IMG/VR virus record: IMGVR_UViG_3300006120_000056
Span: 1 to 31,949 of that record
DNA length: 31,949 nt
Source of the DNA: a virus
Lineage: Duplodnaviria; Caudoviricetes
Strand: one strand, 5' to 3'
Position numbers and translations under genes: made by a program
Shown: positions 1 through 5,850 of the stretch, in pieces
How the letters are laid out: the number at the start of each line of letters is the position of its first letter
Numbering within the stretch: position 1 is the first letter of the stretch
Notes under the pieces: generated by a model
Databases searched by the model: none
What the model was told of the DNA's origin: nothing
Seen by the model: only the letters and a program-made list of their open reading frames with translations

Positions 1-17
1 GGGGGGGGGGGGTGGAG

Positions 18-1409
18 TTAGGCCGCAAGCACGTTTCGATCGGTCCAGCCAAGGCAGCCGACCGCGCCGCCAGTGCCCCCAATCGCGATATAGATGTTCG
101 TGCTTTCGAGCAGTATTTCAGAGCTGGCGACGTTCAGTGCAGCCGAGTTATCGGCGACAAGCGGCGGCGGGTTCGTGCCTTTTGGCCCAGTAAACGACGC
201 ATTCGGCGCAACACTGACATTGTTGTTTGAGGTACCGGCGCCTTGCAGGTAGTACATAAAGGTGCTGACCTTTATGTGTGACGCTGTCGAAGGAACGAAA
301 GCGCTGACGGATTGCGCGACGTAAGTGGAGGATACAGCCCCCCATGATCCGAGCGCCCCGGACACCATCAGCGGGATGACGGACGTGTTGGTCGACGCGG
401 TAACGACATATTGCGTTCGGTTGCCATATTGCAGCGTGCGAAGCAGGTTCTGCGATCCGTCGCAGCGCATGGCGCCAATGTAGACCTTATAGGTGTAGCC
501 GGTCGGCAGCGTCGGCGAGGTGCTCGACACGCTGGCAATCGCCGAGAACGTCGTTCCGTTCGAGATCGCCCAGAGATAGACCCAGCCGCTCGTCGGCCGG
601 CTGCCTGAGTCCATGCCGCCCGCGCCGGTCGTCGTCAGGTCGATCGTGAGCGCGAAGTTCTGCGTCGAGACGAGCGCCGATGATGTGTTCGCCGCCGACA
701 GATAGGCGGCCGACACGTCGATCTTGGTATTTGGCGTCCCCGCGTTGTTGGTGATCTTGAGCCCGACCGCGGCCGGAATGCCAAAGATCGGCGCCGTCAC
801 CGGAGGCAGTCCGGAGGCCGGAAGAACGGCGACGCTCCAGACGCCGGACGACGTCTGCACGATGCACAACAAGTCGCCGGGGGAGCCCGCGTAGCTCACG
901 CCACCGGGCGTCTTCAGGTTGGCGCCGTTGGTGATCGTGATCGCGCCGTTGAGCACGGCGAAGAACGGGATGTTGTCCGGCGTCGCGGTTGAGCCGAACG
1001 AACTGATCGGCGTCGTCCCGGTCAGGATGATATTGCGCGAGGTCTGCGCACCGAGGTCGACGGTCGACGCGCTGGGAACAGTCGTCCAGGCGCCATAGGC
1101 GAGCTGCGCCGGCGTCAGAACGTTCGCCTGGACGTTCGCCGCACCGATCGCCAATGGACCGATGTTGGCATTGCCGGCGACGAAGCCGTTCAGCTGTTGC
1201 AGCGGTACCGCGTGCAGAGCGCTCGTCGCATTGCCCGACAGCGTGAGCGGTGCCGCCATCGGCGCTTCGCCGGCGACCGGCAACGAGGCCGTCAGTTCGT
1301 TGCCAATGTCCGTGATGAGGGTGTTGAATGCAACCGGATCGAGGGCATTGCCGGCAACGGCAGCGGTTCCGGACGGCGGCGAATAGACGCCGGATGAATT
1401 GCGCGGCAT
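18..1409 (-). CDS. Tail fibre/tailspike (receptor-binding) protein, 463 aa
   Basis: N-terminus MPRNSSGVYSPP...FNTLITDIGNELTASL resembles podovirus fibre anchor domains. The remainder is Thr/Ser/Gly-rich and beta-prone. It lies after the antirepressor, like P22 gene 9. Confidence 0.75.
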   Translation of the reverse strand: MPRNSSGVYSPPSGTAAVAGNALDPVAFNTLITDIGNELTASLPVAGEAPMAAPLTLSGNATSALHAVPLQQLNGFVAGNANIGPLAIGAANVQANVLTPAQLAYGAWTTVPSASTVDLGAQTSRNIILTGTTPISSFGSTATPDNIPFFAVLNGAITITNGANLKTPGGVSYAGSPGDLLCIVQTSSGVWSVAVLPASGLPPVTAPIFGIPAAVGLKITNNAGTPNTKIDVSAAYLSAANTSSALVSTQNFALTIDLTTTGAGGMDSGSRPTSGWVYLWAISNGTTFSAIASVSSTSPTLPTGYTYKVYIGAMRCDGSQNLLRTLQYGNRTQYVVTASTNTSVIPLMVSGALGSWGAVSSTYVAQSVSAFVPSTASHIKVSTFMYYLQGAGTSNNNVSVAPNASFTGPKGTNPPPLVADNSAALNVASSEILLESTNIYIAIGGTGGAVGCLGWTDRNVLAA

Positions 1410-1423
1410 GGGGTGCCCTCAAT

Positions 1424-1448
1424 AAAAAAGGCCCCCGTGAGGGAGCCT
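1424..1448 (-). terminator. Intrinsic terminator after the antirepressor
   Basis: Minus strand reads AGGCTCCC-TCAC-GGGGGCCT followed by a T run (8-bp stem with one G-U pair). Confidence 0.8.
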
Positions 1449-1480
1449 AGGTTTCGTCCGGTGGTTCGGTGGTCAGTCAA

Positions 1481-2263
1481 TCAGAGCAGAAGGTCTTGGG
1501 CTGTCTTGCCGAGGTGGCGGGCCAACCGCGCCAGGCCGGCCGGGGTGACGCAGACTTGCGTGATCGTCAGCGTCTGGCCCCTGCTGCTGGTGCGGGTCGT
1601 CACCGAGTGCTCCAGCAGGCCGGCGTCGATCTTGTCCTGATAGGCAACCCATTCCTTGCCGCCCATGCGCCGGAACACCCAGCGCAAGCGTTGCAGCATT
1701 GGGAACCCGTCGTGCGGCCTCAGCCCGAGCGTCTTCGCGGCCGTCGTCACCGGCATTGAACCGGACGATGCCTCGATGCGGTCGAAGGCTTCCGCCTTCG
1801 GTGCGGCGATCGCCAGTTGCCGTTCCGCCTCCTCACGCCGCTCCACCTCGTCAGCCGCAAGCCGCAGGGCCTCTGACATCGACTGCGGAACTGTGAACGC
1901 CGGTTTGGCCTGAAGCGTCCGGAGCCGCTTCTCGGCATCGATGAAATACTGCCGCGCCTGCCGCCCGCGGGCGTTCCGCTGGACCATCGACAGCTCTTTT
2001 GCCATGTCCAGCGTCAGGAAGTAGTCGACCGTCGATTTGCGGTTTCCACCCCTTCCAGTTTGGTCCCCCAAATTTGGGGAACCAAAAACCTTAACAAAAT
2101 CAGGCCCTTCCTTGAACTCGAACGACTTGATCATTTCGGTGATCCAGGTCGAAAAATCGCGCCGGAGTTCAAGGAAGCCGTGGAGATCGCGGGCGTTGAC
2201 GGCCTGGATCAGTTCGTCCGGCGCCGTGAATTCGTGGATCTGCAGCAGGGAAACGTCGCTCAT
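1481..2263 (-). CDS. ant: Phage antirepressor, AntA/AntB N-terminal plus KilAC (ANT) C-terminal domain
   Basis: AntA motifs VNARDLHGFL...DFSTWI...EGPDF...DYFLTLDMAKELSMV..NARGRQARQYFI; linker VPQSMSEALRLAAD...APKAEAFDRI; C-terminal TQVCVTPAGL. Start placed at the ATG at 2263, which follows GGGAGG. Confidence 0.9.
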   Translation of the reverse strand: MSDVSLLQIHEFTAPDELIQAVNARDLHGFLELRRDFSTWITEMIKSFEFKEGPDFVKVFGSPNLGDQTGRGGNRKSTVDYFLTLDMAKELSMVQRNARGRQARQYFIDAEKRLRTLQAKPAFTVPQSMSEALRLAADEVERREEAERQLAIAAPKAEAFDRIEASSGSMPVTTAAKTLGLRPHDGFPMLQRLRWVFRRMGGKEWVAYQDKIDAGLLEHSVTTRTSSRGQTLTITQVCVTPAGLARLARHLGKTAQDLLL

Positions 2264-2274
2264 CGTCGCCTCCC

Positions 2275-2709
2275 TCAAGCCGCCAGCGCGCGAACGTTCT
2301 GGACGATCCGCCAGAGCAGGATGTCGCCCAGCTCCTCGCGGTCATCTGCAGGTTGGTCGATATCGAAGATCATCGCATCGTGGCTGGACGCGATGCTGTT
2401 GCTCTTGGCATAGCAAAAACGGAGTTTGGCCAGCAGCCCGTCCATCGTCTTTGCCTGAACGGTTTCCAGGACGATCTCGTGCGGCGCCATCCGGTCGTAG
2501 GCGGCATATTGGGCATCGATGCCGACTGCCGCCCCGAGTTCGGCATAGGTGGCCTTGTAGCCGTCCCATGCCGCGAGGAGCTCGGCATCGGGGTGGAGTT
2601 TGGTCGTTGCGACAACTGCGATACCCGTCGAAGCCACCGCGACCATTGCGGCGAGCGGCACCAGAGCCTGACGGCGGGACATGGATGTGCTATGCTGGAA
2701 GTCAGCCAT
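2275..2709 (-). CDS. Hypothetical protein with twin-arginine-like N-terminus, 144 aa
   Basis: RBS GAGGAG before the ATG at 2709. MSRRQAL is followed by the hydrophobic stretch VPLAAMVAVASTGIAVVA. It ends 11 bp upstream of ant. Confidence 0.7.
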   Translation of the reverse strand: MADFQHSTSMSRRQALVPLAAMVAVASTGIAVVATTKLHPDAELLAAWDGYKATYAELGAAVGIDAQYAAYDRMAPHEIVLETVQAKTMDGLLAKLRFCYAKSNSIASSHDAMIFDIDQPADDREELGDILLWRIVQNVRALAA

Positions 2710-2713
2710 GGGT

Positions 2714-2774
2714 CGATCTCCTCGTGATCGGTTCAGGTTAGGGCCGTTTGAGAGGTGCAACTCTCTTGCGGCCC
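2714..2774 (-). promoter_or_regulatory. Structured 5' leader (two hairpins) of the ant operon
   Basis: GGGCCG-CAA-GAGAG-TTGCAC-CTCTC-AAA-CGGCCC (2774-2741), then CGATC-ACGAGGA-GATCG (2730-2714), which overlaps the RBS. Confidence 0.6.
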
Positions 2775-2794
2775 GCATTTTTTAGCGCTATTAT
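2766..2794 (+). promoter_or_regulatory. Sigma70 promoter for the RHH repressor (probably leaderless mRNA)
   Basis: TTGCGG (2766-2771), 17 bp, TATTAT (2789-2794). The A of the ATG at 2801 is 7 nt downstream and there is no SD sequence. Confidence 0.6.
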
Positions 2795-2825
2795 TTTGCT
2801 ATGTCAATTGTTAGCGCTAAAAAAT
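2777..2825. promoter_or_regulatory. Twin operator: 14-bp perfect inverted repeat, each arm containing the palindrome TAGCGCTA
   Basis: ATTTTTTAGCGCTA (2777-2790) and TAGCGCTAAAAAAT (2812-2825) with a 21-bp spacer. The left arm overlaps both promoters; the right arm lies just upstream of the leftward -35. Confidence 0.75.
2779..2807 (-). promoter_or_regulatory. Sigma70 promoter for the ant operon (P-ant-like)
   Basis: Perfect TTGACA (2807-2802), 17 bp, TAAAAA (2784-2779). The predicted start falls at the base of the leader hairpin. Confidence 0.65.
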
Positions 2826-3034
2826 CGAAGGGTCGCCCCCGAGTAGACAGCGAAGCTGTCAACGTTCGGATGGAGCGATCTTTGCTGTCTTCTGTTGACG
2901 CGTTCATTGCGGAGCAGCCGGAGCCAAAGCCGACTCGACCGGAGGCAATCCGGCTGCTACTCTTTGATGCATTGGCCGCCGTGGGCCACATGCCAAAGGA
3001 CAGCGCCGATGGGGGCGATCCAGTCGATAGTTAG
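2801..3034 (+). CDS. Ribbon-helix-helix (Arc/Mnt/CopG-like) repressor, 77 aa
   Basis: GRPRVDSEAVNVRMERSLLSSVDAFIAEQ...TRPEAIRLLLFDAL has a beta-ribbon plus two-helix pattern. It is divergent from ant, like P22 mnt. Confidence 0.8.
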   Translation: MSIVSAKKSKGRPRVDSEAVNVRMERSLLSSVDAFIAEQPEPKPTRPEAIRLLLFDALAAVGHMPKDSADGGDPVDS

Positions 3035-3404
3035 TTTTGCGCTGCTTCTATTTTTAGCTGGCGTCGGCGGATGTTCGGCGTTTAGGGAACACCACGATCC
3101 CTACGCCAATTCATATTCTGACCAGTCAAAACCTCAATCCGCTGCCGATCAAAGAACGGCTCGGTGCAAAGGCCTTATTGAAGCATCCATGAGCCCATCC
3201 TTGGCGCCGAGCGATCGGCAAATTGGGATTATGGCAATTCAGCAAAGCGGTTGTTTGCGCCCGCAACCGTCGCAACAAGAGATCGACGCGCACCAACAAA
3301 GGTGCGCTGTTTTGATCAACACGGCGACCAACGTGAACGTGGATCAAACGAGCCGGTTGATCGCTTATGACGGCGCGAAATCATTAGGGTGCATTGGTGG
3401 ATAA
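3009..3404 (+). CDS. Putative lipoprotein (moron), 131 aa
   Basis: Signal MGAIQSIVSFALLLFLAGVGG-C with a lipobox-like Cys; two internal RC...GC repeats; lower GC than the phage core by eye. Confidence 0.65.
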   Translation: MGAIQSIVSFALLLFLAGVGGCSAFREHHDPYANSYSDQSKPQSAADQRTARCKGLIEASMSPSLAPSDRQIGIMAIQQSGCLRPQPSQQEIDAHQQRCAVLINTATNVNVDQTSRLIAYDGAKSLGCIGG

Positions 3405-3407
3405 TAA

Positions 3408-3722
3408 ATGATTTTTCTGCGTCAGATCAATTGGGGCCGCGTGGTTGTCGGAGCCATTGTGTTGTCTGCGCCGTTGGCTATTCGGAACTGGGACAACCTC
3501 AACCCGTTTAACGTATATTCGAAAATTCCGAGACTTGTTGACGCCGGAAGCCTATACACGCCGAGCCGGTTCAAGTCCGGCGATTTCTACGAATTGAATG
3601 GCCACGTGTTTCTGGTCGGATGTTTTGGCGTCAACGTACCGATCGACCTTGGCCCCCGATCCCAGATCAACGAGGCGTCATTGCCCCAATTGCCGCCGTG
3701 CCAGACTGCGCAACGCCCTTGA
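3408..3722 (+). CDS. Hypothetical membrane-anchored protein (moron), 104 aa
   Basis: N-terminal hydrophobic segment VVVGAIVLSAPLAI; starts 3 bp after the lipoprotein gene; lower GC; the 3' end overlaps the convergent gene. Confidence 0.55.
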   Translation: MIFLRQINWGRVVVGAIVLSAPLAIRNWDNLNPFNVYSKIPRLVDAGSLYTPSRFKSGDFYELNGHVFLVGCFGVNVPIDLGPRSQINEASLPQLPPCQTAQRP

Positions 3723-5850
3723 GCAACATTCGCGCCAGCGCCTGACGGTGCGCCGCCGTCATCTGCGCAGCCCGAGCGCTTTCGCGGATCGCGTCCGGGG
3801 ACCGTTCCATCAACAACCGGATCATGTGGTCGGTCACCTTGGCATTCGACCCGGTGAAATAATCGGTCGCCGCGTGCGCCACACCCATGGCCGCCCGACC
3901 GAAGTGCCCGGCGATCAGGTCGTGCAGGATGCCCGGGTCGATCGCGTGCATGTCGGCCATGTCGGCGAGGTTCTCAGCCGTCCGGGAGCCGCCAAGCGCA
4001 GCGGCCATTGTCCCATGCATCGTCTCTTCGCGGCCAAGGCGCGCCGCCAGCCGGTCATAGGTGCCCGGCGCACTGAGGACCGGGAGTTCCATCCGCATGG
4101 CCGGCGAGTTCAGCGGACGCGCGGCATTCGTCATTGTGCCCTTGGTCTGCAGCGCGGCCGTGACCTTTGGATCGAAATAGCCGACGCGGGCGGCATCAGC
4201 CTGTGACGGCTCAAGCGTTCCGAACCGATTGATGTTGTCGGTTGGCGAATTCGGCCCGCGCGCCATGTCGCGGCCAGTCTGGACCGCATCAATCACACCG
4301 GACTGCTGGTGATAAGTGTCCCGTGCCGCGGCGTAATGCTGCGAAGTCCGCGCGAGCTGCGCGTCGAGCGCGTCGCGAATTGGCGTTAGCTCAGCGACAA
4401 GCGCGCCGCGGCCATCCGCCGTTGCCTTTGCGATCATCGTATCGATATTGACCTTGGCTCGGAATGCCTTCTCGACGTTGATGCCGGTCAGGTTCGGTGC
4501 CGCAAGATACGACCTGGCCTCGACAATTGCCGACCGGATTGGGTCGCGAATTGCCGCTTCACTGGCCTCGATCGGAGCGCGGATGGCCAGATCGGTCGGG
4601 ACAGCCCCCGTGCTTTGCGCGAACCGGTCCGCCAGCGGCGAAATCGACTGGTTGGCGATCGAGACAGCCGGCGAAGGGTCGAACGCGCTCGTGTCGGCCT
4701 TCACCGGCGCATAGTTGGTGAAGGCATCCGCCGCGCGCTGGCTGCGCAGCAAGTCTTCGGTCTGTGCGGCCGTCAGCGTCGAACCTGATGCATCCTGCAG
4801 CGCGCCTGCCACCCGGTTGCCAGCGTCCATCTGCCGGCCGACAAGAAAATCCCGCGCGACCTGGCGTTCTTCGCCCGGCTGACGGATTGCTCCGGTGAGC
4901 ATTCGCTGGCCGGCGTTGCCGAGCGCATCGGCAGCCGTGAACACGTCCTGGCCGTCTGCCCGGGCCGCCTCGACGGCTTGGGCGGCCTGTTCCGGCGTCA
5001 TGCCGGCGCGGCGGAACACCTCGGCCAGCTTGGTCGCCGCGGCGCCGGTGGGATCGACGGCGGACAGGATCTTGTTGCCACCGAGAAGCCCGAACGTCTT
5101 GCCGGCAACCGGGAGCCCGACGCCCAGCAAACCGCCCAACATGGCGCTTTGGGCCGCGGCATCGATGCGCGACTCGTTCGGATTGTCGGCATTTGCAGCG
5201 CCCTGCACGCCGGCCATCACGGCATTGTCGAGACCGGATGCCCCGAGCCTTCCAACCAAGCCCCACAGCCCCGTAGCGGCTTCCGGGATAGCTTTCGCTG
5301 CTGTCAGTCCGACGCCTTCCGTCGCCAACGCCGGCAGGATGCTGGACGCCAGCGCGATCGCCATCGTGCGGTTCGGATGATCGCGCTCTTGCTGCGCGAG
5401 GCTTTGCCGCTCGATTTCTGCCTGCGTGTCGTAGGCCTGCTGGAACGGCTGCTGACCAGTGACAGATTGCGTCACGCCACGCATCAGTGCTTCAGCCTTG
5501 TCCCCCAGCCCGAAAGTGGTGTTATTCAGGATCGGCGCTGTGAACCCCGTGTCGGCCCCATTGGCGCGCGCGATCAGCGCGCGGTCCTGTACTTGCTGGT
5601 GATAGTCTTGGTCCGGCGTTTCGATCGACGAATTGTCGCGCTTGGCGTTAACTGGGGCTTGCCCCTTGCCGGGGTTGGGGATTTCGTCGAAGCCATTAGC
5701 ATGATGAACAACTGCCCCCTCGGGCACGCTGCCGAAGGTGCCATCCGGGTTTTCGCCCGGCTGCAAATGCCGGGGCGCTGCCGGCGCAAACGCCGACCAC
5801 GGCCCGACTGGTGCAACCTGAGGCGCGAATAGCTCCCATGGACCGGCCAT
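3667..5850 (-). CDS. Internal virion/DNA ejection protein (P22 gp16 position), 727 aa
   Basis: Ala-rich helical protein with Gly-rich hydrophobic stretches; TAATG coupling at 5850; last of three large genes after the nozzle. Confidence 0.65.
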   Translation of the reverse strand: MAGPWELFAPQVAPVGPWSAFAPAAPRHLQPGENPDGTFGSVPEGAVVHHANGFDEIPNPGKGQAPVNAKRDNSSIETPDQDYHQQVQDRALIARANGADTGFTAPILNNTTFGLGDKAEALMRGVTQSVTGQQPFQQAYDTQAEIERQSLAQQERDHPNRTMAIALASSILPALATEGVGLTAAKAIPEAATGLWGLVGRLGASGLDNAVMAGVQGAANADNPNESRIDAAAQSAMLGGLLGVGLPVAGKTFGLLGGNKILSAVDPTGAAATKLAEVFRRAGMTPEQAAQAVEAARADGQDVFTAADALGNAGQRMLTGAIRQPGEERQVARDFLVGRQMDAGNRVAGALQDASGSTLTAAQTEDLLRSQRAADAFTNYAPVKADTSAFDPSPAVSIANQSISPLADRFAQSTGAVPTDLAIRAPIEASEAAIRDPIRSAIVEARSYLAAPNLTGINVEKAFRAKVNIDTMIAKATADGRGALVAELTPIRDALDAQLARTSQHYAAARDTYHQQSGVIDAVQTGRDMARGPNSPTDNINRFGTLEPSQADAARVGYFDPKVTAALQTKGTMTNAARPLNSPAMRMELPVLSAPGTYDRLAARLGREETMHGTMAAALGGSRTAENLADMADMHAIDPGILHDLIAGHFGRAAMGVAHAATDYFTGSNAKVTDHMIRLLMERSPDAIRESARAAQMTAAHRQALARMLLKGVAQSGTAAIGAMTPR

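Noticed and set aside
18-430. Diversity-generating retroelement target, as in BPP-1 mtd
   Set aside because: No reverse transcriptase, no second copy that could serve as template repeat was noticed, and no CLec-type C-terminal motif. An element outside the window cannot be excluded.
2741-2774. tRNA or terminator
   Set aside because: A single extended hairpin with no cloverleaf and no U tract on the transcribed minus strand; kept only as a leader structure.
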